This document shows, piece by piece, positions 1 through 13,537 of a DNA stretch of 38,953 bases. The stretch covers positions 1 to 38,953 of the forward strand of contig ADNK01000767.1 in assembly GCA_000320545.1 (NCBI GenBank). Reading direction: 5' to 3'. The stretch comes from Bigelowiella natans CCMP2755 (lineage: Eukaryota > Protista > Cercozoa). The stretch's first letter is position 1, and every line of letters begins with the position of its first letter. The position numbers and the translations under genes were made by a program. The notes beneath the pieces are model-generated. The model made no database searches and was not told the origin of the DNA. It saw only the letters and a list, made by a program, of their open reading frames with translations.

Positions 1-1
1 C

Positions 2-4
<3 letters not shown>

Positions 5-66
<62 letters not shown>
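5..66. repeat. Compound (TA)n-(TG)n microsatellite, representative of dozens of intronic di/trinucleotide repeats in the window
   Basis: Read directly. Similar tracts at ~1432-1502, 6737-6768, 7517-7580, 8479-8540, 12030-12080, 12726-12780, 24980-25014, 25144-25180, 30355-30420, 33150-33195, 33569-33602, 36608-36638. Confidence 0.98.
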
Positions 67-67
<1 letters not shown>

Positions 68-99
68 CGAGAGGGAGAGAGAAGAGACTTTTTCTGACG

Positions 100-1091
100 A
101 AGCATCGTCGCCTAAATGCTTGAAAAGGGTCACAATGTCCACCAACAGCCAACAGATGGATGACGCCGTTGCCTGATATCAGTATTAGGTCAAATACATT
201 CTCCATCAAAAAAGAACATAATAAACAACGAAATCTTTGAAAGCAGTGAAGGAATAAACAACCGCAATTAAAGAAGATATCGACGGGGGGATAAATCAAT
301 AAATCATAGTCAGACATGATCAGCCTGGTATTTCACGAGATCTGTGGCAAAGGTAGCAAGTGGAGCTGAGCCCTCTGGCCCGTAGCTGTCGATGATGATG
401 CATGATCATAAAGGTGAGGAGAACACCAAGAAGAAACAAAAAAAGGGGGGGGGGGAGGGAGGGAGGGAGGCACACGAACGAAAAGGACAGAGAAGAAGAG
501 AGATAACAACGACAACGACTACGACTACGACGATGATAACGACGATAACGACGATAACGACGAAGAAAATCGCTTGCTGCGCTTGATTTCTTGGCTAGCT
601 CTTACGTTCATCATCAACATCATAGTAATAGTAATAGTAATAGTAATAGTAACACCGTTCGATTTGCAATCGGATGCTGCACAGGATATCTTTGCTGCTT
701 ATGTTTGACACAGCGACGTTGTTGCTATCATCAGCCCCCCTGCTGCCATCATCACCACCTCCTTTTTATGGATGTAGCAGAACCATACACGAAATCATCA
801 TTATCAAAATCAGCATCATCATCATCATGCCACCAATATTCTTTATACAATAGCGGCAACAACAACGACAACATCAACAGTAGCTCGACACCACTACCGT
901 CGCTCATTTTGATCATTTTAGAGCGTGTTCGTAGTGGGCAATTCAAGAAACAAACACCTTCAGAGAGAGCTACTCGAGGGGATCCAAGGTTCTGTACGAG
1001 CATTTCAAAGATATCAGAGACGGTGATGATAATGACTCACGAGATCATCTTTGCAACTGTGAGTACGCATGATTGCGTTTGCGTGCGCGTT

Positions 1092-1124
<33 letters not shown>

Positions 1125-1427
1125 TGTGTGTGAAGCAGCGATGATGTCTGTTGTGGTCGCAGATCGATTGTTAAATGCTGTACGATTCGTGATCTATCAT
1201 TTCAAGTAATATGTTTTCCGTATTCACGCTCCAGAGCAACAATGAGGTTGAAGCTAACCCTTTCCGTCCTCAACTCAGAAGCGCTCACCAATGCCTGTTC
1301 GCATCACTATGTTAGTGTCTGCCAACTTAAAGCGAATATCAATGGTGATCCAACGGGAGCGCGCGGGGGAGGGGGGGGGGGACAAGCACGAGTGCGGATT
1401 TTTGCTTCTCTGATCTCGATAAATATT

Positions 1428-1504
<77 letters not shown>

Positions 1505-2348
1505 TTATATTTCGTCGACGAACCAGAATGGCGCTGATATGCATCGTTACTTTAACAAATTGCGGGTATTTGATGGAGATCTGCACAGCACACATACACA
1601 TTACATAAAAAATACTATCAAATGCATCATCGCTGATGTACTCGTCGGCGTATGTATATTCTTTTGCACGTCCCAGAGACAACAGCAACGACAACAACAG
1701 CAACGACGACGACGACGAACCTTGAGGAGAATGTCCATCATCCGCATCTTCTCCTTTTTGGCTTTCCTGAGCACGGTGGTGGTGGTGGTGATTGTGGGAA
1801 AGAATTCGGCTTTAAGCAGTGGTGTATCATCGGTGACATAGAGAAACGAAGGGGATATCGAAATCGCTATCTTTGTCATCGTCATCATCATCATTCTCGT
1901 CCTCATTACTACCATCATCAATACTCTCTCGTTCGTGCATCTTTATGAATAGCTGATGACATTTTGTCGATAGCAGCAGGGTACACGTGGCAGCAACCAC
2001 TTTGTTGTTAGCATTCCTAACCACACCTTAATAATGCACTTTGATCATCAGCGAGCTGTCCCTTCCCTCCCCTCTGAGTGGCGTGGGGGAGAATCAAAGG
2101 GCTAATGTGGTTCGAGGCCAAAACACTCAGGAACCCTGTAGAACACTCCAAGAACCTAACAATGGATTGCACATTATGATAGCAACGACGACGATGATGA
2201 TAATGATGATAATGATGATGATGATGACGATGATGTATGGAAACGACAACATCGGCGACTCGAGCAACATTTTCATAGGTGATGGCGAGCAACCGTTTGA
2301 AGTCGTCTTCTTTAAACGGATTTTCTTCTCCTAATAAACCGTCCACAC

Positions 2349-2384
<36 letters not shown>

Positions 2385-2595
2385 AATAAGAAAGGCCTAG
2401 TGAAACAAGCCAAAAGAATCGGAGATTGTGGTTTATTACCTGTAGTCTCCTCCTCCTCCTTCTTCTTCTCCTTCTTGTCCTCACCTGGCCTATAGCGTTC
2501 CATGGCGGCCTCTATTGATTGCATCTGGAGAGATATGTTTAGGGGATGGGTGGATGCGAGATCAGGAACAGCACAACTCGACAATGCGAATGACC

Positions 2596-2640
<45 letters not shown>

Positions 2641-5591
2641 TTCTTTTCGCAACATTCAGTCTCTTCTCTACTACCGCCATCGCAGTCGCCTCAGAGAGCA
2701 ATCCTGTAAGAGCAAATGCAAGGTGGTTGTTCCAAAAGCAACATGTTAATCGCGCATCCACTTCATAATCGGCGAGTATGTAAGCAACGGGGCGACGAAT
2801 AACAACAATAATACTGCGACCTTTAGGAAAGGCCTCTGCTCTGAGACTCTGACCGGTCTGGGCCAAAATCGTGCACACCATCCCAACCAACTCGAAGGAG
2901 GTCGTTTGGGCCTTTTGGTAGTAGTAGTAGTAGCAGTAGTAGTAGTAGTAGAGTACACATAGAAAACGACGACGACGACGATGACGACGATAACAGTAAT
3001 GACAATGATGTAAATTGGAGGTGGTCTCTCACAAAAGGAGCCTCCATCATCTCCGTGGGAAATCATCGTGCATGTACCTTGGCGAGGCGGACAACTGCTG
3101 ATATTGCTTGTCGTTGCAGCAAAACGCCGCACCACCTACATGCATTAAAATCGGTGCATGCCAGTGCGTGAAACGTTGAAATCGTCATTATTTGTGAATG
3201 TTTAATCAAGTAGTTCTTCGAGATTAGAGGGAAGAAAATAACGCCGTCATTCATAACGGGTTGCTGGCTTACTCGCAATACCTACCTCACTGACGTCGTT
3301 ACGAGGTTGGAGAAGAGATATGCTATCTTCGTTGTCACATCTAGCATGGATGGTCGTTGGTGAGAAACACGAATAATACACTTCTGCAGGCGTATGGGAG
3401 CTATCTGATGGCGCATTACTACATACCAGTGTCGTCCTTATAGTGCTTATCAATAAGCTCCAAAAAGAGCTGCACAGCCTGCAATCAGAATCATGAGTCA
3501 GAAGTGTTGGCGCGATATCCTGGTTGTGTGTCAGTAATAACAGGATCTTGCCTTGTGCTCTGCTATGGCATCATCAATGCTATCCTGGAATCAAAATAAA
3601 ATAAGGGAGAATGGGATGATGATGATACTCTAGTGGGTAAGACAGTGCTAAATATATCGTCGGATGAAAATGGGTGTACTTGTATAGCTTTCGAGCACAT
3701 AAGATCTCCAATAAACAAAGCCGAGTCTCTAACGATCTCACGCCTCGACCCATGCCTGACCACATGCATAGAGAACCGTGCTTGTAAGGGTGGTGAATGA
3801 CAGCGCAGATACGGATCGAGGTGGAGGTCGATGATGACTGTCAAACGCACTTTTTAGTAGCAGCCAGCATATTCTGAATCAAACCCACGAGCTGCTTGCA
3901 GTCTCCATCCTGATGGGTAAAACAATCAAGATGATGATCCATCCGCCATCTTTACCAACAGGAAATTTCCAATGTTGTTTTGTCTCTGTACCTCCGGAGA
4001 GCTCTCATCAACGATGTCAACCGGGTCGAGATACACCGAAGGCTCATGCAAACTCACCTTAAAACATTATTCGAGGAAGGCAGGTTGTATGGCAGCAGCA
4101 GCAAGAGTATGTGTGGTGTGTCTCTCGTTCGTTTTCATTCGAGGTGAAAGCACTTCGTTGTTTTACCTGGATAATAGAAAGAGAATGGACAACAGCTTCG
4201 ATAACCTGTGAATATGGAAAACATTGTTTCAGAAGAGCCCAAGCGCGTTTGGTCCAACAAGTCCAAACCTCAACATCATCAATGTAATTCCCAAGGGTCT
4301 GGGCAAACGGCTTGGAGATGTATAGATTCGAATCCATAATGTCATCGACCGACGAGCTGTGTGTTCTTCCATACTCCCTGTATCACAGCAAATCCCCGCA
4401 TCCAATTGTATTGTCAAAGAGGAGATATATTTGAAACACGTTGTCTCAGAAGTTGATGGACAACAGAGAAATGAACAACGACTAATCACATAATTAATTT
4501 TTAAAAATGTTGCCCACCTTGCTGTTTGAAGGATAGCATCCCGGTCACTTGATGCTAAAACCTTGAGGAGGGCAGAGAGAGTGGCCATTTTTACCCTCTT
4601 TCAATGACTGCTTCCACCTGTGCGATACTGACACATATATTTCGTTGATGAGCATTGATCAAGAATTGAGGAATTGGTTCTGGCCATCTTGAGATGAAAG
4701 TGCTCATCGAATGGCTTTGTAATTAGCTACTTTTTCGGAAAAGCAAGGAATTATTCGCAGGTTTGCTTCACATTAATGCTAATTCGGAAGTCTCGTCCCA
4801 GATTGCAAATGAGCGATTTAAGGGACACATCCAACGCTCGTAGCGGTGGGAATGAATGAAAACGTTCGGAAATGTACACACTCGGCACAAATTCGGAGGG
4901 TTGGCATGTGTCAAAGTAGAGTATATTTCTTTTACCCTATACTTTGAGGCTGGCCGCGCTGGGAGATGTGCTGAAGAGAAGGGCGGGGATAAATTTTGAG
5001 TTCGAAGTAGTTCGTAAAATATGTTGCGACAGAGAATTCTTATTGTCGCATGCATCTGAACACTTCCTTTGTGATTCGATGAGTTATCGGCCAAAGAAAG
5101 CCGGCAGAACATCGATCGATCCACACAGTTCCGAGAGAACTCTATCCTACGTTGTATGACAATGTCATTCTGTTTCAGCGACAACGTCTTTTCATAGTCT
5201 TTAGGAGAAATAGTAGTGTCCGGGTTGCCCAGATAATATCCTCGCCCAAATTCTTCTTGCGACATCCCTCACAACGTGCGACGACTGGCAACCAGAAACA
5301 TCTGGTGAGAATTCGTAGCCGTTGACTTCGGGCCGAAGAATCTACACAAGAAGGTGACGGTAGGCTTCCGATTAAGGAGAGTTTTTATTTGCGACATTTG
5401 CTTTAAGATGTCGTAGTGTAAGAACCTGCGTGGATCGGCTTTGTTGATGCGACACAATTTCGAATACGGGTCTAAGTTCAACTCAGGGTTCGATTTGAAC
5501 AACACAAAATGGCCTAATTTTACATGAGACAAAGAAAAGATTGAGTCGCACCATAATTATCTCCATCTACACGTTGCTTTTCTCTGTTCAT
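100..5591 (-). CDS. Large multi-exon gene of unknown function, probably an alpha-helical (ARM/HEAT-like) repeat protein; the 3' end may run off the window
   Basis: Chain of phase-compatible GT-AG exons on the minus strand, e.g. EYGRTHSSSVDDIMDSNLYISKPFAQTLGNYIDDVE | VIEAVVHSLSIIQ, AVQLFLELIDKHYKDDT | DVTTKIAYLFSNLVTTSVR | WCGVLLQRQAISAVVRLAK. The amphipathic helical pattern suggests the fold; no family motif recognised. Start ATG at 5591 is a candidate only. Confidence 0.55.
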
Positions 5592-5901
5592 TTATATCAT
5601 TATCGGAGCTGTTCGAGACCCCCAGATCGCCCTCCGGAGCGGACGACGAAAAGAAGAAAGAAACAGCCTCGAGAGGTGATGTTATGTCGAGAGCACTGCA
5701 TAAATTGGTAGGGGGAGGGAGTTATAAAGGAAACGCTTTCGAATCAATTCCAAGGAACGAACACGTTAAAAATTCAAGCCACTCTATCTATAAATTTATT
5801 TTTTAGTCTCAGAGAGGGGCAGTACATTCACATTAAATCCCTCCTTGTATTTTATTTCCACAGCACCTTGAGAAATCTGTTCCAGGACTACGCACTATAG
5901 A

Positions 5902-6726
5902 ATGTCCAACCCCTCTCCCGCTCTACTCCAGCAGCAAAGAGGGTCGTCACTGGTAAGAAGGAAATCCAGGACACCCGAGGATGTGCCCATCAAGGTGCAC
6001 AAAACGCCATTCCGTGTTCGTGTCCAAAAGGCACTTGCTGAAGATTACAGAGGTAGTTTGTAATGTAAGCGAGCAGCCGTAATATCAATATTCAGTAGTT
6101 TGTCTAATAGGTTAGGACGACAAAAGTCAGCCTACTGCCGCATCACCACACACTCGAACACTCACATATTCGCACAAACGATTTAATATGTACAAAGCAA
6201 CATTTTTGCACAAATTTATCATATATACGGACACGGTCGATTATATTCATTGCATGTTAAACTTTATTCTCACACTACCTCACGTTTCTCGTCATCATCG
6301 CCGGGCTCTTCTATAAATTCTCATCAATAATGCCGTATCGATCAGCTGGCCTCGAGGACAACAATTATCACCACAACCAAGAAAGACACTCAACACAACA
6401 GCCACTCAAGGCTCTGACCTTCGACGAGAATGAAGATCCGAGGCCCAACTCTGATGCATTGCAGGATATCGCGATCGAAATTCATGACATCGAGGAGGAA
6501 TTGCAGTCCTCCGCTAGTCCAAACGGCAAGGTAATAAATAGTAGCAGAAAATTTGTGGAGATGAAAGAGAGAAAGGGGGGGGGGGGGGGAGAAGTTGTGA
6601 GTGGCGTTCACTTGCAAGACATATAGGAAAAGTAAGAGCAAGAATACATGGTCAAAATGGATAGAGGGGGGGTCGTAGTAAGCATCCGTTGTAAAATTTT
6701 CAGGAAAAATGTATGTCGATATTAAC

Positions 6727-6772
<46 letters not shown>

Positions 6773-7328
6773 CTTATATAATAAAATTCGATGTTACATT
6801 TCATAATTGGTTTGGGGATTTGATGGTCACTTCTATCACGCTTCTAGAAAGCATCGTTCGAGCTGGTGCTATAATTATCATTGATATGTCATGTTGGCCT
6901 CCCCTCCTCATGTATTTGTAGTCGTCATAAAGCATACCAGGGGTTGCTGGTTGTTTGTTTGGTCGCAACAATGACTATGCGAGCGATGTATCCGCCTGCT
7001 GCCGTCCACTGCTGTGAAAATGATTGCACTAATTGTAGGTCGAACGCGTGGCAAAGCTCAAGTTAGCTCTGGAAGCCCAAAAACTTCGCACTGGCAGGGT
7101 TGGTCCTCGAGGAGAGAGGAGGGTGTCAAAGCTGAAAAAGAAAGGAGGAGGAGAGGGGGGGGCAAAGAAGGTCGCAGGTCACGCATCTGGCAACGGTGAT
7201 GCCAAGAGAGAGAGACTTCAGAGTCAGGTCGCTACATCATTAAGAGCGAGGGACTTTCCTGCACTGACACTTCTATCGACGTGACCGCAGCAGAGAGCAG
7301 TAGCAGAACCACCGAATTAATTTCTCCT

Positions 7329-7362
<34 letters not shown>

Positions 7363-7515
7363 GAAATTCATATGGTGGTGTGTGCTGATGATTTACGGTT
7401 CGTGAAAAGGACATATTTCTTTCCTGCAGTAGTTACTTTGAGTGATGATTCTGTTGATGATGATGATGTTAATGATGATGATGATGATGATGGTGGTTCT
7501 GCGGTGATGGGGTCG

Positions 7516-7588
<73 letters not shown>

Positions 7589-8476
7589 ATACCAATGGCA
7601 GTTGAAAGGATTTGAAGAGGGATGTGATGGTGAAGGAGAATGTCATCCTCCAGCTCACAGAGCTCGCTGAAGTGCAGAAGGGAAAGCTGGCAAACCTCGG
7701 TAGTACTAGTGGGTAGGGTAGGAATGTTAGAATTGAAAGACTTGGAAAGAGAGAAGGGGGGGTGGGGGGGGGGCACGTGAGTGATGTTTTCCCACACTAT
7801 TCGTACACACTTGAATGTGAATCGATGAAGCAGTCAATAATACGAATGGCCAAAAAAATGGCGGGTACATTTCCATCCCCCTCATCTGATGCATGCACGT
7901 AGAGAACAAGTCTTCCAAGCAGCAGTGGCAAATTGAAGATCTGGAGGAAAAACTTGCGGCAGAGAAGGAAACCTCGGCGAAACTTCGAAAGGAGCTTGCA
8001 ACAGAGGTTAAGGCAAACAAGGCGGCCCGGCACCCAAAGCAAATCGCCTCCCCCCCTACCGCACAGCCTCCAGGTTTTGGCTACTGATTTCTCACTTCTC
8101 ACACTAATAATAGACGATGCCGATATACCATTGACCGAATGCTAAGATGGATGATTCGCTGTTGGTCTTTTTGCTGCTGCTGCTGCTGCTGCTGCGTTTG
8201 TGGTTTGTGTCGCTCTCTATGTTGATTCACCAGGTCTGCCAAAGAGCCCAGTTCCAGGGCTAAGTAAGAACCAGGAGAGGAGGGTAGTAAACTTGAGTAA
8301 TTTCATACGCACAGGATATGAGAACAGCAATAGTGAGAATGGGAGAGTGCGAGGAGAAGGTCGAGAGTGGAATAATTTTCGACCACGATGTACGGAGATG
8401 GACTGAACAATATTGTAGTAAAGAATATTTTCTACTAGTATGGCTATTATTAGCTACTGTGATTGCATTAATATAC

Positions 8477-8544
<68 letters not shown>

Positions 8545-8563
8545 GAGCTCACACGCAATGACT

Positions 8564-8594
<31 letters not shown>

Positions 8595-9113
8595 CCATCA
8601 TTCCTCTGCTGTTGTCATGGCGTGCTGCTGTGTGTTCGTTGCACCAGACAACCGACATTACGGACGTAGAGTACACCCATCGCCGAAGCTCCGTACTCAC
8701 CTGACCAATAACAAGAATAACGAAAGCAACAATTAATCACACAAAAAGAAAACTTTGGCCTTCGACATGAGCTTCACTGTGTCGTTTGTTGTATGTGCAT
8801 CATGCTCACCACCGCCGCTAATTATCTCGATGGCCAGGGCCTGCCTTTGATTCCCATTCTGTTCAAATACAGCCATGGAGCAGAATAGGAATTATTGGTG
8901 TTTCTTTGATGGTTGTGCTCAATGGAAGTGCTCGATCTTGCTTTGTATTTTCTTGTCGCTAAGGAGGGTGGTGGTGGTGGTGGTGATGATGATGATTGCG
9001 GTGGTGTTGTGCTGGGGCATTAATTCATGTATTTGGTAATTTTTTTCCTCGTTCCTCTCGAATCGCAGGAGATCACCGCAGGCGTGTCGTCATCCCGTCA
9101 GTCTCAGGTGGTT

Positions 9114-9153
<40 letters not shown>

Positions 9154-9662
9154 ACATCTTGATATGAGGAACCATGGCAATACATGAAACGAGCGCTCTG
9201 TGCGAACCTGCTCCCTCTCCTCCTCGTCCATGACCTTCATCTTATCCGTTTCTCTTCTCCATCGCTCGATCTCCTCACATCAGCCAACGCGCGCGGGGGC
9301 AAGAAATAGCCTCTCGGTCCACCCGTCTCTCATTGTAAGTGATAGCAAATAGAAGGGAGAATAGCGGTGCTGTAGTAACAAGAGCAATTTCAACCGATCG
9401 AAGCCATTTCCCCACTCGCACACATCAACATGGTGCCTCACCGCCCTTCTGATACTCCTTCTTCGCCTGCTCGCTTGCATCTGTGTCGTTCTGCCAACAG
9501 GATGAGCGCGAGACCAACGACGCTAAACGTTGCCACGCCTGCAGCATTATGTAGATTTATCTCAACGCTTCTTTTCGACGATTTGAGTCAGCTGCAACAA
9601 AGCAGCAACATCCTTATCAAAACGGTGCACTGGACGAAGCCATGACCAAGGTACCTCAGTAA
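5902..9662 (+). CDS. Multi-exon coiled-coil protein of unknown function
   Basis: ATG 5902 MSNPSPALLQQQRGSSLVRRKSRTPEDVPIK; heptad-like exons VERVAKLKLALEAQKLRTGR, LKDLKRDVMVKENVILQLTELAEVQKGKLANL and NKSSKQQWQIEDLEEKLAAEKETSAKLRKELATE bounded by AG/GT. The 3' exons and stop (TAA 9660-9662) are tentative. Confidence 0.6.
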
Positions 9663-9929
9663 AAGTCAGCTGCTTACGGGAGAGTAGCGTTTTTTTCATC
9701 ACACGGTGGAGAGAATGTGATAAATCTGTTCCAGCTAGGAGCAGTAATCTCAGCATTTATTTTTAGACCAAAATAGAATAACTCTATAGAGCGGTATCTA
9801 GCCGCTACACTCGAAGCAACGAGGCGCCATGGCTTCCGTAAAAAAAAATTAAAAAAATTATGTGAAAGCGCAGCAGGAGATTTATGTCTGTAAATTCAAT
9901 TTATCCATATACAACAGAAAAGATGATGT

Positions 9930-10660
9930 CAAGAGTATACGCATGATAGTATCGCAATATTAATACATAGCTTTCGTGGTACATGCATATTCATGCTAGC
10001 ATGATATGTACCTCCAGATGTCTAGATGTGCGCAAATGATAGACATGCATGCAATACACAATATATATAATATATATAGCGTATTGCTGTGTCTATTATA
10101 TATGCAAAAAAGCATAGTCTAGCACACACTAGCACACAATGCTGTCGCACTGGTGCAATGCATGCTAGCATGCCTCGAGCCACATGCACGTACGGGTTGT
10201 ATACATATAGCTAGATAGCAATATATCTAGATATGTGGCTCCGCTGTGGAATAATACGCAAGAATAGAATTAAGTCGGCGTGCTAGCGTGTTTTTTATTA
10301 ATGAGTACAGTACCTGCGGCAGTAGTAACTGCCATACGATACAAGCATAGCTAGCTAGCTAGATAGCTAGATAGTGCTAAAGTGCTACTACACAACTATC
10401 TAGCTATTGTAAGAGTGCAGAATATCAATCAATACGATACAGCTAGACAGGCTAGCAGGCTAGCAGGCATAAGTCTCACATATGAGACGGATGTAATGAA
10501 ACGATTAAATTCTTTCAATGATCATCCTTATCTAGCTTATGTCTCACATATACTGTCCACTTTACCTAGCTAGCTAGACTGTAAGACAAAGCAGCACTTA
10601 GCTAGTTAGCTTACGCCAAGTGGGCAAGATGCAGCGTTCGCACGCTATCGCATACATTTG
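9930..10660. other. Convergent-junction tract 1: non-coding, rich in alternating purine-pyrimidine steps and short palindromes
   Basis: Dense CATG/CTAG/TGCA/TATA/GCTAGC words; 14-bp palindromes at 9991-10004 and 10160-10173; lies between the 3' ends of the coiled-coil gene (+) and UXS1 (-). Confidence 0.8.
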
Positions 10661-10718
10661 ATTTCTTGCTCAGTGCATGTGTATAACACATCAAAGTCCC
10701 GATCTGCTATATTCTCCT

Positions 10719-12038
10719 TTAGTGAACGGCAAATCCTGGCTTTTGAGGTGCCTGACCTACTGTCTTCAGGGTGCCTCCATTTTTTTCCAACCTGTGTATG
10801 TTGTCGCAGGGAATAGGCGACAAGCAGCATATGTCAAACGTAAGTATTGGTGAGAATAAGTGCATGTAAAGAAGGGCTCTCTGGCTCATAGCCCGTTTCG
10901 AGTTGGGTGGTGAGGTGATGTTGCAGGAAGAGTGCAAGACAGTACACAGTAGTTGTACATACTGGTCGCGGAAGTATGCAATCGTCTTAACGAGTCCTTG
11001 TTTCACTGATACTGAAGGCTTCCATCCCAATTCCGCCCTGGCTTTCGCTAATAGCATGTGAATGAATTATATACACATCGCACTTAAAAAAAAGCACTTG
11101 CTACCCCCCCCCGCTTCCCCTCTCCTTAACGGCATCATCATCATCTTCTTCTTCTTCTTCTTTTTTCATCCAGATCATGTTGTTACATATGTCTGGTCTC
11201 CGTCTTGAGGGGTCGTCCTAAGGCAGCACACAAATGTTCGGCAATGATTAGAGGCAGTGTACTGGAGAAGGGGGGGGGGATGGTCAGCGGATACAAACCA
11301 CGCCCACATAAAAAAGGGAACAAACACGACGATGAATATGGACTGTGCGGGCAGGTACACAACACTCACTTTGCTCTTTGGCAGGAAGTGCAACTTGGAG
11401 CTCGATCTATGTTTTAGGAGGAGGGGAAGATAAACAGTCGAACAGGTGTGAATAAATGGAGATACAGACGAGATAGCGCGCTCTCTGCTGCTGGCATTTT
11501 TTATGAACGCATGCATCTGAGAGCTGCTATGACATTAAGGGGTGGTAGCTGTAGCTTTTGTGCCAACAGCAGCAGCAGCAGCAGCAGCAGCAAGCACAAC
11601 CCTGTCAGTCTTATGATCAAGCGGGCGAAATCCACGATCTTGAATTCCTCGGGATTTCCTGGAGGGGGTAATATGTAAACGGACGGAAAGGATTAGCATC
11701 TCCGTGTTGATACATGAGATATTAACACGTTTGTTCTATCCACAGTGCACGTGGTATGATGGCGACCAAGATTGACAGGGCTGGTGACATTGCCCTCCAT
11801 GACAGCATTCAGTCCACGCACTAAATCATCAACAAACTGGAAGCTCCTTGTTTGGTCGCCGCTAGATGGTTTACAACAGTAGCGATGAGCTTTAGAGACA
11901 GCAGTAGATCGATTGAAAATAATATATATATGCAAGAAGAAAACCGCAGAATGATGACGTAAAGAAGAAGGTATAAACACACCAATTACACGTGCCCTCC
12001 AGCATTGCACAGACAGCACCACGCATAGAAAGAGAGAG

Positions 12039-12084
<46 letters not shown>

Positions 12085-12721
12085 TGAAAAGAGACTTACG
12101 ATCCATAGATAGTAATTGTCTGGTTCTGCAGAGCTTGGATGATGAAGTTGCTCACAACCCGACCTAATGGTGGGTGGGTGGGTGATGATGGATTATGATG
12201 GTGATGATGATGATGATGATATTGTCATTAGTCCAAAGCAATCATGTCGCTCAGAGTCTCTTCACGATCTGTCCCCCTTTTTATCATCATCATCACCATC
12301 ATCGTCATCTTCTTCTTCTACGACACCATCAATGGTTATTTATTCATTGATTGATCGATTGATTTACCGTCGTTTGGATGCATCCGAGGACCAAACGTGT
12401 TGAATATCCTGCAAGCAAGGAAGGGAAAAAGCCGATTGATTGATCGATTGATTGATTGGATGGATGGACGCAGAAGAGCAACCTAACGACGGTTTCCTAC
12501 TTCCATCGCCCCAAAGTAAGTGACGAAGAAAGCAGCAACATTGCGGAGAAGGAATAAATCACTAGCGCCTACTACTACTACTACTACTACTACTACTATT
12601 GATCCACGAACCTCACGACGCGAACGTCAACATTGCACTGTTTCTGATACGAGTACCTACAACGTTGCAATTCAAAAGGTTATTGAATTTACGTGCACAT
12701 CCATCCATCCATCATCCATCC

Positions 12722-12778
<57 letters not shown>

Positions 12779-13017
12779 TGTGCGTGTATTTATCGACAAC
12801 TGATTCAACATTCGTTGGATGCGGACGGTGTTTGCAGGAGCAGAGGTGAGGATGATAATGATGATCAAAGGTCAGGAAGAATCGTCACATCAGCGTTTCC
12901 CCGAGGCGCTTGGCTTCGTCGTAACATGCTCGAGGGCCTGCATGGTGCAAGGACATCATTCAGATATATGACGAATACAAACGCACTACTGTTACTGAGC
13001 TTCTTCATCCTTCTAAG

Positions 13018-13049
<32 letters not shown>

Positions 13050-13496
13050 ACAACAACAACAACAACAACCCTAATCATCACATTATAAAAAACGTACTAC
13101 TACAACTACTACCGATTGGGTTGACATTTCCCCAATATGTCTCTCTTTGCGGGTGTTCCTTTGGATCACCGTACACTGATGACATCAACAATTGTTCGGC
13201 GCATAGTAGAAGGCATTAGAGCTGCTTCGATGATGGCAGTTACTAGTGGGTACGGAAGAGGAGGAGAAGCAGAAAGAAATATACTATTACTACTTCACCT
13301 TCGCTTGTTGATGTGAACAAGATTCTGGACTTAACCCTCCTGGCAATTCCAAGCATATTTGCGGTACCTGATGGTATTTATGGTGATGGTTATAGTGGTG
13401 GTGGTGGTGATGGGACAACTTGTTTGGTTTCTCATTTCCTTTTTTTTTTTTCCCCTTTTTATAGCGTCTCCTTTTCAGTGCTCACATGAAGGACCT

Positions 13497-13537
<41 letters not shown>

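Noticed and set aside
333-3135. Many 60-200 aa ORFs with poly-T/H/S/CV/LS/YI runs, here and throughout the window
   Set aside because: They are translations of intronic microsatellites or antisense frames of spliced genes.
5266-5271. In-frame TGA between ORFs 5269..5532 and 4768..5265 (possible selenocysteine, read-through or 18-nt intron)
   Set aside because: An ordinary GT-AG intron starting at GTTGCC and ending at AAACAG removes the TGA in frame; other genes here use TGA as stop and no SECIS is evident.
6574-6589. Poly-G/C runs (also ~444, 1365, 7756, 13896) as functional G-quadruplexes
   Set aside because: They fall among many other intronic homopolymer and SSR expansions, with no positional pattern.
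9500-9552. 'KRCHACSI' as part of a FYVE or other zinc finger in the coiled-coil gene
   Set aside because: No further Cys/His ligands or RRHHCR motif follow, and another frame splices more consistently.
9930-10660. Junction tracts as MITEs, CRISPR-like arrays or satellite DNA
   Set aside because: No terminal inverted repeats, target-site duplications, regular repeat-spacer period, or extended alignment between tracts was visible by eye.
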